A DNA stretch of 58,148 nt, filler included, from Jimgerdemannia flammicorona (taxonomy: Eukaryota), in NCBI GenBank assembly GCA_003990765.1. It is 2 parts of 2 records of this genome, joined end to end, with 100 filler letters (N's around TTAATTAATTAA, not from the genome) between each part and the next. Parts side by side here need not be neighbours in the genome. Positions count along the whole stretch, not along the records: positions 1 to 29,025 come from RBNJ01000526.1; 1 more part is not named here. One strand, written 5' to 3'. Made by a program: the position numbers and the translations under genes. The notes below the pieces were generated by a model. That model had not been told where the DNA came from. It saw nothing but the letters and a program-made list of their open reading frames with translations, and made no database searches. This document shows positions 13,801-27,700 of the stretch, one piece after another (within the stretch, counting starts at the first letter, position 1; each line of letters opens with the position of its first letter).

Positions 13801-14614
13801 TCTTCATTATCTTCTGAGATTTCTTTGACTATATATATATAGATATACTGGTCTGGTTTTCAAATCAACTTCTTCATTTGGATGGCAGAGATGATATTGT
13901 ATCTAGACTTTGGTTTCTTCTTGGTTTGCTCAGGTTGTAGCTTAATATCTCTTAGAGAGATCATGTTAATTCACTAATTGATGTAAGAACTCTTCTGAGT
14001 GAGTAAGAATTTTCCAAGAATGAGATTGTATTCTGAAAGATATGCAATGTGGAAGGTTTGTCTTATAGTATAGTTTCTAAGTTATAGTAATACATTCTTA
14101 CATATCTTGGAAAGTTTCTGTATTGTTCTATTACTAAAAGTAGCAATGTTTCCTTCTGAGTTTTCTTACATTTTAAGGTGGAATTTGTTGGCTGTTTCTT
14201 GATTGAGATAGTATTTGCTTACTCTACTATTAATTAGAACTTCAATAGTATTTCCTTTAATTTTCTCTTATAGATAGATATATTCTGTATTAGTCTTTTA
14301 CCAGATGACAATTGTTTCTAGAGTAGCTTCTTCTTTCCAATCTTATACTTCTCTATCTTCATTATTGATGTTTTTGATCTCTTCATCTCATTATTCTGAG
14401 ATGGTTGGCTTGTACTTCTTAGATTTGAGAACATATGTAATACATTCTCCTATATGTTCAAAACAGTACATCTTGATTCTATGAGGGCATCATCCTGTGA
14501 AGACATATCTATCAGCAATGTACTGGTACTATTTCTGGTCTTGGTCTTGGGTTTCTTCAATATAGACAATCTTCTGTATCTTGGTCTTCTCCTTGATCTT
14601 GTCAGTATACTTTT

Positions 14615-15040
14615 CTGTTAATCCAAAAGCTTTTTCTCCTCTATCAGAAGGTGACAGTTCACTTATTTCTTTTACTTCAAGGTCATTATATATTACTTTA
14701 ATAATAGCTTGTGTGATTCATTTTCCACAGATGATTTTAATAATCTTTTGTTCAGTATTATATAGTAGGACTTTGATTTTACCTTTGAATCTCTGGTCTA
14801 CAATCCCTCCAGCTATACAGAGTTTCTCTTCTCTGGCCAGACTACTTCTTTCTGCAAGGCAGATGTAGATTCCCTTAGGTACTTCTATTTTAATATCTAT
14901 ACTAATAGTTGCTTACTTATCTGATTCAATGGTTACTTCTATACCTAAGTAGAGGTTATAGCTAGTATTAGATTTATATACCTTGTCTGAAATCTTTGCA
15001 GTAATGTAGAATCTCTTGATCTTGATTTTTTCAGAGGTTT
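14615..15040 (-). pseudogene. dut: dUTPase domain of E2
   Basis: IKIEVPKG...LAERSSLA, GGIVDQRFKGKIKVLL, ITQAII, SDRGEKAFGLT. Confidence 0.8.
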
Positions 15041-18000
15041 CTTTAGAGTCATCTTCATCATAATGATAGTGTAGAAGGAGGATGGTCCTTTGTTTATATT
15101 GGTCTTCTTGTTGTGATATTTGTGAGACATATGTCCTCTCTTCTTGTAGTGGAAATATGCTCCTTTCTTCATAAGTTCTTTCATTTCCTTATTGGACAGT
15201 TTCTTGAATAATCCTAGTAGTTTTGAGGACTCATTTCATAATTTGTACTTCTTTTCAAATTGATATCATTTGTCTCCTCTATTGTTGTTTCTGTTATCTC
15301 TTAATCTTTGGACTATAATGATAGTACATACTCAGATAATAGCTTATTCTAGGTACTATTGCTCATATAGATAATCATAGAGTCATTCTTGCTTACAGAT
15401 TTTTTCTGATAATCATCCAGAGATAGTATCAAAAAAATAAACAGCTTGGGTTCTATTTACTATCTATTCTTAGTGGCTATATTCTGCTCTTATAGTATTC
15501 AGAAGAGTTACTAGTCTTGTGGCAAATACTTTGAGATCTTCTTTTCTATTATTATAGAATTATAGATTCCTGAGCTTGGTTCTAGCTTCAGTGATGTAGA
15601 CAGAGCTACAGAACTACTGAATGATTAGCTTCTTTAATCCTATAGTGGCTGGGTGGACTTTATAGTTAGAGTGATTATCATCTCTATTACTTGTAAGGAT
15701 TTCAGTACAGATTTCTCAAGTGAGAGGATATATTTAAAGATTGTACTACTACTGAGCAGCTGTGTCTATGAAATATGTGGTTATCTTTTTTACTTGTGAG
15801 CTTATAGTTATATAGAGGTCTTCAATCTCATAGTGCGCATTATTTTCAAGGATATTTTCTAAGCTTCAGTTATTATTCCAACTATTGGTATAGTAGTTGA
15901 TATCAACTTATCCTATGAATATTATTATTTAGTCTGCTTTATCTTCAAATGAGGTGAGGCAGAGGTCTTTTGTAGGCTTATTTGTTTTGATGCTGAGATG
16001 GAGAGCTTGAGTGAGTATGGCTATTTAGTCAGTCAATACTACTATCTTATTATCAGCTAATGCCATTCTACTATCTGTATTGTCTGTTTGATAGAATGGT
16101 TGAGGTTCTGCTTCTTCAATTACTATTATATGTCAATTGTAGATTAGGGCTGATTCTTTTATAATATTACTGAGATGGGTGAGTTTGTAGACTGGTGGTT
16201 TTAATGGTAATTATTGAGTCTATTATGATCTTGGGTAGACTTGATGTTCTTGGTGGTAGTTCTATAATAGTACTAGGGTCACCAAGATTAGATTCAGGGA
16301 TTTCTTCAATTATTCTTCTAGGTCTGCAAGGATTCCACTAGGTCTGGCAGCTTGTGGCTCTTATTGCTAAATTATTCTTACTTATGTATAGAGAATTTGA
16401 TAGTAGAAGTGGGATTTCTTTTAATAAGCATAGTATCTCTTATAGCTCAGGAAGGCCTTGGCTTTGTAGTAACAATCATTCAGGAGGTAGTTCAGAAAGT
16501 ATTTAGTTATAGCTTTGATGAATTCTTAAGTATACTTTTCATAGAAGTAACTACTAACTAGATTGTTGAATTTTTCCTTAAGTTCAAGGGTATAGGGAAC
16601 TTCTTTGTTGAGTATAAGAAAGGTGTTAAATACTTATTAGATAGTTTCATTTTTTATTTTTTATTTTTTATAGTCACTCAAACTTTGCCATTTATTATCA
16701 GTCTATCGATATAGATATAGTATCTCCTCTCACTACCCAATCCCCATAGGGGAGCCCTCCCCCACACCTTCATATTTGAAGACCACTTTACTACCCATTA
16801 CTCCAACTCTCTCCCCACTCTGCCTACAGATTTTCTCCACCAAGTGATACCTCTGATCACCCTGCAAACCCCAACCAAGCCACTAGCCTATATATAATAA
16901 TGTCCTCTATTAGCCCTTGCCATCTCAACAGCCATACTTCCAAACTCAGGCTCCTCTCTTTCTTAAAAACAAACAACCAGTGATCTGCCAGCCCCATCCA
17001 AACTACTAAAACTCAGCCTACAGTAAGCCACTTCTTTCCCACCCCCTCTCACCAATCTATCCCTCAAATTCTCCCACTGATCCCACTCTCCATCCCCCCT
17101 ATGCATGATACTCAATCAATCCCCAACTGTAAGTCAAAAGTTACTAAGTACTCTGCACTCTCCTAGCCAATGTTCAGGTGTCTGCACAAATCTCTCTTTC
17201 TGTCCTACATTGTAGTACTCCTTATAATCAAAGCTTTCCCCCTTGATAAGGTGGTCTGAGTAGAAGTTGAGCATGACATTCCTCTGCAGCATGTACCATC
17301 AGACCACCCAGTACTTTGATAGTAACCACCACTATATCTCAGCACTCCAGGCCCAAATCCCATTCTAGTCCCACTCCTCTCTGATACCTACCAGCTGCTA
17401 TCTGCTGGGCCATAGATCCTGTCCTGATCCTCTCTGACACTCAATCCTATTGCTAATGTTAAAGTCAACTAGGGGAATGCCCTCTACTAATACTTGGTCC
17501 CATCTCTATATTGCTGGGTCTCAAGGTATCTCTCCTTTATTTCTCTGCCAGCAAATTCCAATGTGGTGTGCCCCATCTGCTACCCTCCACCAGAAGCCTT
17601 TATACTGCATATGTCTATTGTTCTGAAGTCCAATCAAGACCAGTAAATCTCCTGTAGAGCCTCTTGGCAAGAACCTCATCTTCCAGACCTTCTGCATTAG
17701 GGAAACCCAACTACCCCCTCTCAACTCCACTACTCTCTTCAGCCACCATACTCTCAGACAGTACAGCCTCTTCAGAAAATCTACCAGCTTAAGGTCCCCT
17801 CTAACCATCAGTAAAGATAAGATCTCCCAGCTGATCTGACTCCTTCTCTCAACTCAGATCCACCCCTTAATCAATTTCATCAGTCTCTTCACCCCCAGGC
17901 TGGGAAGTCCAGGTAATAAGCCAAATACCATAGCTTTAGCAGCCATTAGGTGTTCAGAATTGAAATATGCCCTACCAGAGACAAGTGGTATCCTCTCTAG

Positions 18001-18637
18001 CTCTACAGAACCTCCCTCTAGATTGCAACTCTCTGCTCACACCAAGGTCTCAGTAGGACTGACCCATATACTGACAGATAAATATCCAAGTACTACACTG
18101 CCTCTCCAGCAGAGACAATTGTTCCAATGATATCTCCTCCCACTAAGCCATTGTCTATCACCATCATTTCACACTTGTACCAATTGAGTTTAGCCCCAGA
18201 GTGCACCTCATACCACTTCACTATCTCCTTAAGCTCCTTGATATCAGTAATTGATCCTAGGTCGACCACTATGTTATCTGCAAAGGCTCCAACTTTCCAC
18301 CCAATTCCAAAAACTGAGAGCCCAACTATCTTCTGCCTAATCCTATCCATCAAAGACTCTAGGGAAAGAGTATACAGAATAGATGACAGGGGGTCCCCCT
18401 GGGGCATACCCCTATCCAGGGAGAACACTACCCCTCTATATCTATTGTATATAAGTACAGCCCTACTCCCTTTCAGTAGGCTGACTATTGCTGACTGAAA
18501 CTGATGAGTTACACCAATTCTATCTAATACCTTCACCAACCAGACCTGCCAAACCCAGTTATATACTTTCTTCTGATCCAGAAAGACCAGTCATCTATCT
18601 AGTTTACAGACTCATACCCCTTCAATAACTCTATATA

Positions 18638-19100
18638 TATAATGGTTCTAGTTTCTTTAAGAGGAAGCAGCTAAATCTGAAAGTTCTAGTTAGCCTAAAG
18701 TAGCTCAAAGAGATACTTAAAGATTCAAGTGTTCTTGAAGGATTTCTGAGAGAAAATATTCTGAGCTTTATTCAGATAAAGGACAAGGATATTTATATAT
18801 GATCTGAAAGAAAGATCTAGAAGGATCTTGGAAAGAAAGAGAAATACCAAGAAATAGGTTCTTGGCAAAGCTGACTAATACTATTCTACAATGTTCTGAA
18901 AGATTCCATAACTAGCTAAGTAAGATACTTGGCATCAAGGAAAGACAAGAATGTTCTAGTAGTGTCTGGGTACTGAGAGAAGATTTTTAAGTAAGTAGAA
19001 GATAGTAGAATATAGTAGAATATTTAAGAAATAATAAGAAAAGACTAACTAAAAGATGTGAAAATATACTAAGACTAAATATGACTGTGAAATTATTATA
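18638..19100 (-). repeat. E3 3' LTR
   Basis: Direct repeat of 24264-24726, adjacent to the PPT. Confidence 0.93.
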
Positions 19101-22100
19101 TCTCTCTCTCCTTAAGAAATAATATACTCATTGAGTTCTTAGATAATATAAGACTAGATATACTTAACCAAAATTTCTCAAACTTGTATCAGTATATTAG
19201 CAGAGATTGACTATCCTTGTATAGAGCAGAGGGTCTATTATCAGATTAATCAACTAAGAGGAGTTCAAACTCAGCTAGTAGCTTTATTTCAGTAGACTTC
19301 TTGTTCATTAAATATTCTGCTAGTTCCGGGGTCTCAAAGTAAACTTCTGATGCATAAGACACTAGTCATTTCTATAGATTATCAATAATTCAAGAAAGTC
19401 ACTATAGAGATTAGACAATGCATTTTGCGTTGAAGTCTTGAACTAGATCTTGAGAGTTCTTGAGATTGACCAGTGGTTCCCAGGTAGCATTATATTCAGA
19501 GTAGCCCATCTACTTGACTAGGTATTCAGAATGGCAGTAGCAGATTTGTTTGTCAAGAATTTTCTCAGCTTCATACTTGATATGATCTTCAATGATCATA
19601 GAGACAGATGGCTTAGGAATTTGACCAGGATAGAGTGACTAGTTCTAGGTCTTGAGGTGTGATATATAAAAGACTAGGTGTACTCTTATGGTTTCAGATA
19701 GCTTGAGGTGATAGGAGGATGTAGAAACTTGTTCAGTAATCTCAAAAGGTCCAATATACTTGGGTTGGAACTTGTTCAAAGAGCAGTTGACTTGAGATTG
19801 TATCTTGAGGTTCTTGATAGACAGTAGGACTTGATCTCTAACAGTATAAGTAATATCATAGTATTTCTTATCAGCATACTTGACTTGATACTATTGAGTC
19901 TTCTGAAGATTCACAGTAGCAATCTTGAGAAGTTCATCCATTTTGTCTATAAGGCTCTTGGTAGTAGAGACTTGTATTTGACTGCTTTTCTTGAAAGAGA
20001 ATAGACTTATAGAGATCTCAGAATCTTGACCATAAAGTAGCTAGAAAGGAAAAGGTCAGTAGATGATTGGATGGCATTATTGTATACAAACTCCACATAA
20101 GTCAAGTAGTGGTCCCAATCATCTTGCTCATAAGAAACATAGTTTCTAAGTATTTGTTCTAGGGTTCTGTTCATGCACTCAGTTTGTCCATCAGTTTGAG
20201 GGTAAAAAGCAGTAGATATAGCCAATTGAGTTTCCAGAGTCTTGAAGAGAGTTAGCCAGGAGTGGCTGGTGAACTTGGGGTCAGGATCACTAATAATTAC
20301 TTGTAGTAGGTCATAGTGATAGAAGATGGACTTGAAGAAGATTCTTGTAATCTTGAGTACAGTAGCATTGGTAGTGGTTGGTTCAGCAACCATAGTCTTG
20401 GTCAGGTGGTCAATGAATACAATGATAGCATCAGCACCAGATTGAGTTCATGGTAGTTGAGTTACAAAGTCTATGGTAACTTGCTTGAATTTCTTGGTGA
20501 GAATTGGCAGTAGTTATAGCAAACTGGTGGGTACTTAGTTGATAGACGTTTTGTACTAGTATAGATCACAGCCAGCAATATAGTTCTTGATTTCCTTGAT
20601 CATACTTGGCCAATAGGATGTTCTTGACAGTCTTCTCAATTCCAAGATGACCAGCAAGAGGAGAGTAATAGTGTTCTTGCAAAATCTTATAGCATAGATT
20701 CATGTTTTCAGGTAGTTAGACTTGGTCTTAATGATAGATCAGATTGTTCTTAACAGTATATATGTATATCCTTGAGCTCATTTGAGAAAACTCTAGTAGC
20801 AACTATATCTTCTTTGTAAGCTTGCCTAATTTGGTCTAGGAATTCTGATGCCAAGGTGACTTGCATGATTGTAATGAGATCAGAGCATCTTGATAAGGCA
20901 TCTGGTACTACAAGTATCTTGCCAGGCTTGTAGATAATTGTCAGGTTGAAGGTTTGAAGCTTAAGGCTCCACTTGGCTTATAGATATAACAGGGTAGATT
21001 GGATGTTAATGTATTTGAGAGATTGATGATCAGTGATGACATCAAACTCAAGTAGCATCATCAGTAATCTAGTGCATATATTATTGCTAGTAGTTCCTTC
21101 TCATGAGTGGCTAGCTTTTGTTCAGCCAGGGCTAACTTGTGGGACTCAAAAGCAATAGGATAGTATTCTTTGCTATTATCTTATAACAGGACTGCTCTAA
21201 TGGCAAAATTTGATGCATCAGTAGTGACTGTAAATTTTAGACCTTAATCTGCATTATGCAGAACTAGAGCATGGGTCAGACAATTCTTGAGTTCTTGAAA
21301 AGCTTGTTGACAGAAGAGGTCCCAGGTATAGGGTACATAGTAGTCTGAGTGTGGGGCCTTTCTCATGAGATTAGTCAGTGGCTTGGCAATACCAGAGAAG
21401 TTTCTGATAAAGTAGCAGTAGTAGCCAGCTAGACTAAGAAAGGATCAGAGTTCTATGAGATTTGACAGAATGGGTCTTTCTTCAATTACTTCTATCTTGT
21501 GTGGGTCTACTTGAATTCCTTATACTGAGATAATGTGGCCAAGATATTCAACTTGTTCCTTGAAGAATTCATACTTCTTGAGCTTGGTATAAAGCTTGTA
21601 TTCTTGCAGAATCTTCAGGACTATTTGAATATGTTTGAGGTGTTCTTCTTTAGTTGTACTAAAGATCAGGATGTCATCAAGATATACCAATAGGAAAATA
21701 AATAGTTGGTCCTTAAATATCTTGTTCATCAAGGTCTGGAATATAGCCGGTATATTGGTGAGATCAAATGCTAAGACCAGGAATTCATAGAGTCCAAAGA
21801 GAGTCATGAACATAGTCTTGGAGATATCTTCTGGCTTGATTTGAATCTGATGGTATCCTGATATAAGGTCCAACTTGGTGAAATACTTGGCATTCTTAAG
21901 AGTATTAAAGATTTGATCAATCAAGGGTAATAGATAGCAGTTCTTGACAGTAAGCTTGTTGAGTGCATGATAGTCTATATATATTCACAGGGTACTATCC
22001 TTCTTCTTGATGTATAAGACTGGTGAGCCATAAGGAGACTTGCTTGGCTGAATGACTCCTCATGTAAGTAGTTTTTCTAGTTTCTTCTTGACTGCTTCAA

Positions 22101-22784
22101 TTTCAAGTAGTGATATATAGTATATATATTTCTTAGGTAGTATAGCTCCTGGGGTCAATTTAATTTCATGATCAACTTCTTGTATAGGTGGTAGACTAGG
22201 TAGCTTGTCTGGAAAGACATCCTTGAATTCTTCTAGTAGTAACTTGATACTTTCATTGACTGATAGTCTCTTGTCTTGTTTCTTGAGATAGATCATTACA
22301 ATAAAGACATGCATTGTCTTCTTGAGTACTCTCTTGTACTATATAGCTGACAGTATTGCAATCTGGGTCTTGCTTGTAGTCTTGTCTATCTTGATAGTGA
22401 TGTTAGCTCTATCTTAAAGTAAGGTAACTTCATTTTTATACCAATTGATATCTGGGTTGTATTTTATAAGCCAGGGTTTTTCTAAGATCAGATCATGATC
22501 TCCTAGTAATATAACCTTGAAGTCTACTCATTCCCAATATTTCTGGATCTTGATGGATAGTTTGGCAGCAATTGACTCAATGGAGTGTAGAGTGCTGTCT
22601 ATAGTAACTATATTATAATTCTTAGATATAGACTTGATGAGAATCTTGAGGTTTTTGATGAGGTTCTGATTGATGAAGTTTACTGTAGCTCCACTGTTTA
22701 TGAGTACTTGAACTTCTTTTCCTTTGACTAGACCTTTGAAAATAAATATAGCTTGAGCTTGATTTTTACTAAGACTTACTGCTT

Positions 22785-23200
22785 AATTACTACTACCAAA
22801 ATCTTTTTGATCTCATTTGGTTTCAGAGAGTTCTTGGACTTCTGTAATCTTGAGTTGACTGGCTTTTTTTAGGATTATTTGTGCAACTTGATCTCCTTCC
22901 TTAACTGTATAGTCTTGATCCTTCTGATTGATAAGTAGAACTTGAACTTGTCCTTGAAAGTCAGAGTTAATGATACCAGTACCTATATCTAAATGATATT
23001 TGATACTGAGTCCTGATTATGGTGCAATTCTAGCACAATGTCCTCCAGGACATTGAACTGTAATTCCAGTATATATCAGAGTTTGGCCCTTGGCTGGAAT
23101 GGTGACTTGTTTGACAGAGTATAGGTTAAGACCAATGGCTCCTTCTGTTTGATATTAAGAGACTGGGCCTTTAGATGAAGCTTCTTGATCTTGAGCTCAG
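22785..23200 (-). pseudogene. dut: dUTPase domain of E3, directly upstream of the protease
   Basis: AIGLNLYS, TGITVQCPGGHCARIAP*SGLS, GIINSDFQGQVQVLL, GDQVAQII, KDFGSS, then PR VLINSGATVNF. Confidence 0.9.
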
Positions 23201-24263
23201 TTTGACTGATAGTAGGATTGATAGATGTGTCTTTGAACAACACAGTGACTAGTCTAGAGGATTCACTAGTCTTCTTAGGACATTTTGTTACAATGTGTCC
23301 TATTTGGTAATAGAAAAAACAAGCTCTGGATTTCTTCAGATAGTCTTTTTCTTCAGGGGTCAGCTTGGTGTTCTTTTTGTTCATAGTGTCTAAGTCCATT
23401 GGTACCAGGCCAACTGTCCTTGGTTGGTTTCTGTGGTGGTTCTCAAAGTAGTTCTTCTTATAGTATTCTGGTTCAAAGCAGTTGCTAAAGGTGATAACAT
23501 CAAATCTATTGGTAATTCTCATGACTTCATTAAGGTTTTTGAACTCTTCTAGCTCAACCTTAACTCATGTGTTTCCCTTCAGACCTCAGACATAGCAGTC
23601 TATCTTTTCATCCTCAGATATTACTGATAGCTCAAATAGGATTAACAAGAATTGTATATTGTAGCTTTGTACAGACTTGAGTTGCTTGATGTTCACTAGC
23701 TTGTCTCTGGCTAGCTTAGTAGCATTAGCAGGCTTGAACTGCTTGTGAAGGGCTCTCTTGAAAGCTTCCCAGTCTCTGATTCATGCATATGAGTATATGG
23801 ATGTAACCATGATATAATTGTGCTACTAGATAGTTACATTTCCTCAGAGAAGTGTGGTGGCAAATTGGACTTGTATATCATCTTCCATTCTTATGAGCTC
23901 AAAGTATTGGTCTAACTGGAAGGTCCATGCATCTGTAGATAGTCCTTCTGGATAGCTGTTGAAGGTATCTGGCTTGAGTGGCTTGAAACTAACTAGTACT
24001 ATAGTAGGATGTAATATACTCATAGTTTGTATTTTCTGCTATTCTAGTTATACTTGAAGTTATTGGATTTGGTGGGCCATAGTATTGATCATATCCTCTA
24101 TACTGAGTTGCTGTCCTCCTGCTTCTTCTGTAGCAGAGGGGTCTAGCTAGTAGACTGACTCTTCATAGCTCATTTTAGATTTGTGTGACTAGTTGTGACT
24201 GTTTTCCGAATTTGTGTGAGGTTTCTTAATAAGGCAAGGTATAATGACACTGCTGCTACCAAG

Positions 24264-24726
24264 TATAATGGTTCTAGTTCTTTAAGAGAAAGTGGCTAAA
24301 TCTGGAAGTTCTAGTAGGCCTAAAGTAGCTCAAAGAGATACTTAAAGGTTTAAGTATTCTTGAAGGATTTCTGGGAGAAAATATTCTGAGCTTTATTCAA
24401 GCAGAGAATAAGGATATTTATATATGATCTGAAAGAAAGATCTGGAAGAATTTTGGAAAAAAAGAGAAATATCAAGAAATAGGTTCTTGGCAAAGCTGAC
24501 TAATACTATTCTACAATGTTCTGAAAGGTTCCATGACTAGCTAAGATAAGATACTTAGTATCAAGGAAAGATAAGAATGTTCTAGTAGTGTCTGGATACT
24601 GAGAGAAGATTTCTAAGCAAGTAGAAGGTAGTGGAACATAGTAGAATGTTTAAGAAATGACAAGAAAAGACTAACTAAAAGATGTGAAAATGTACTAAGA
24701 CTAAATATGACTGTGAAATTATTACA
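24264..24726 (-). repeat. E3 5' LTR
   Basis: Direct repeat of 18638-19100; followed on the minus strand by the PBS. Confidence 0.93.
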
Positions 24727-27700
24727 ATGTACCCAAGCCATGCTATCTCTAATGAGCTAGTCTCCTACAAAGCCCCACTGCTCTACACCCAAGACTTGCT
24801 GGGCCACCTTCTGCAGCCTTGTAACTATCACCTTAGTAACCAACTTTCTGTCCATGTCTAGCAACATCATTGGCCACCAGTTCTTCCAATTCTCTCTCCT
24901 TCTCTTGTCTTTATAAAGCAGTATCACTAGCCCCAGATCCTGCTCCCCCACTCATCTCCCTAACTATAGTATCCAATCACACATTACTATCAGCTCTCTC
25001 AGTACTCCAGGGACTCCTACCATCTGCTTCCAGAAGTCTCAGGGCAGACCATCCTCCTCTGGTGCTGTGCCCAGTATAGTTACAGCAAGAACCTGGTGGA
25101 TCTCCTCCTCCTATACTGGTATTACCAAGTTCCCCAGCCTTTCTGCTTGTGGTGAGTGCCAATCCTCCAGAGCACAGTCAATGGTAGCAGCATCAGCCCC
25201 ATCCTCCTCTTCACTCCATAAACCACTCCATCTCTCCTTTGATGATCCAAGAATATCTTGTATACTATATACCAGCAGACTATCAGAATCTAGTACACCC
25301 TCCTATCTCTGCTTTACTCTCCTCACCTGAAGGGTCCTTGTGAGATACTTTGAAGGCCTTTCTCTTTCCTCCAGCCCCTGCCAATATAGCCATGCTGTCA
25401 AACTCTGCACCTGTGCCTCCTCCACTTTTCACAACACCTGTTATAGTTTCCCAATCTCTATTTTCACCCACATTAATCTCCAGTCCTCTCCCCCCTCCAG
25501 TGCCACCAGACCTGCCCAATCTTCCAGGAGTCTAGTCAGTCTAGCAGAAACCCATCTCACCCTTTTCCTCCTGTCTTCTGGCCACCTTGCCAGCCTCACT
25601 CCAGTAGGTCCTAGCAGCCTCTTTCATCCTCATTCACTGGGCACCAACTGGGGCACCCTCCTGCATCCAGTCCTCTACCTTCTGCTGAATGTTCTCAGCC
25701 CACTTGTCCCACAGTACCTTATCATCTAACAAAGAGAAATTGAGATGCCAATGTCCAGGCCCATCTCCACTCTCCCCAAAATGACCCTGCCCTAGCAGCC
25801 CCCAATGATCTGACCACAGACACCACTCTGCCTTCAGTGACTTCCACACATCCAAACCCCAGTAGCTTACTGTCAGAATCTAGTCAATTCTTATCTCCAG
25901 GCCAGCTGTCCAATGTGTGTATATCCTCCTATCACCCCAGAACCCCCTATCAGTATCCACTAGAGCACTTAGTCTTTCCACTTCCTCCTATACCTCCAGC
26001 CCTCCTCTCCTACCCTCAACCCCCTGCCCTTCATCAGTTCTATCCACTAGACCATATTGAAGTCTCCACCAAGTATATCCACTCCAGCCTCTGCAAGGGC
26101 CCCACTCTCCTGGAGGCCTCTCACCCAATCTACATACTTACTCCATACAGCAGGGCAGTAGCAGGAACCCACTGTAACTGGCTCCCACCCTGTTCATATC
26201 TACTCTCCCCAAACCAGCCTGTCTCTCCAGCTCCTCACATTACATATCTCCCCCCTGCCTCTCCAAACCAGAATTCCAATCTTGCTCTTCCAAACTACCT
26301 CACCTCCCCATTTCTTTGTCCATTCCAGTCTATTTAAATCATCCTCACATCTGACATCCTACAAAAGGAAGATATCAGCCTCCAATCTCTTTAGCTAAAT
26401 AAAAATATTTCAATGTTGAAAAGAACCCCATAACCCATTTATGTTCAAAGAAAAAGTATTGATTATACTGTTCATAAGGAAAATTATGTGATATCAAGTA
26501 TATCCTCTACTGCTCTATATTCATTGCCTTCTGTGCTATGTCCAGATTATATTCAGCAGACACCTCCTCCTCTTCAGCCCTCTTAGCCTCCAATCCAACC
26601 AGTAGTTCAGTCATCTCTCCATCCTCCTTTTCCTTAAAATCTTCATAATACTCCAGGCAGACCTCTTGCCAGAGCTATAATTCATGATGTTTAGCCCAAC
26701 AGTAGGTGGCCTGCTCACCAGTAATAACTGCCAGCTCAGCCTCCCTCTCCTTATCTACCTTATACCCTTCTTCTTCTAAGTATACTACAAGTATTTCTGC
26801 CTTCAATGTCACCACCACTCCATTGTCCCACAGGATCTATGTCCAATGCTCATCACTCATCACTCTAAGGTCTACTTCCCCCAACTCTTCAGCCACTAAG
26901 TTATTCATTATCTGATATATCCAAAGTAGGTTCTCCACCTTCTTCCTCTCTGGAGTCGCTGGCCTTCCTCTATCCAGTATTGTGGTATCAGCCTCTACAC
27001 TCACAGACTCATCCCACTCCTCCTCTGAGATATCCACCAATTCCTCTTCACCAGCTGCTATCACCAGTCCCCCCTTCACCACATCAAGAACTCTGAAATG
27101 TACTTACTGAGCCCCATACATTAATACATCCCTGCCACCCAGTCTCTTGCAGCTGGTCTCTACCTAATAAGAGGAGAAGATATATTCTCTCAAATCTCAA
27201 ATATACCATCCTTATACAGGTTCTTGCTTGGCATCTTCCTGGCCTTCTTCAGACCCACCTCTTTATTCCCTCCACTTCCTCTAGCCCAGATACTCACCTT
27301 GGTACCTCCAGTATCTCCACTACTACCAGTGTTCCTCTTTGCCCCTTTCTCATTTTTTGCCATCAACTCTCTCTGCCTCCTGCATTCTTGGGACCTCTCC
27401 CACATCTCCTTTTTTAACATGGACCTGCTTCTCATCAATAATCTCCAGGTGTGTTGACTCCACAAATATCTTTCAAGCCTTTGCCCTCTACTCTACCATA
27501 TCACTCAACTCCTCCAGTACCTCTAACAAGTCCTCTTTCTCCTCCTCACTCTCCTTCACCCTCATCACCTTATATATGATGGCTCTCTACATCATCACTG
27601 AAGATCAGTCCTGAGTCTTCTCAGTAGTCTCCCTTTCTACCAACCAAATCTGGATATCAACATCCCCTATCTAAAAGGAGGTTCCTTCCCACACTCTGAA

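Larger units (their letters stand above)
18638..24726 (-). mobile_element. E3: chromovirus-type Ty3/Gypsy element, full-length and degenerate, nested in LINE-A ORF2
   Basis: 463-bp LTRs at 18638-19100 and 24264-24726; 5-bp TSD atata/atgta; PBS TGGTAGCAGCA (24251-24261, minus); PPT GGAGAGAGAGA (19101-19111, minus). gag from 24173 with PMDLD and CCHC remnant; RT ORF 21520-21924 (YLDD); IN 20007-20393; chromodomain ~19430-19580. Confidence 0.96.

Noticed and set aside
19112..19430. ORFX homologue in E3
   Set aside because: The ~320-bp spacer between chromodomain and PPT shows no recognisable ORFX motif in the three sense frames.
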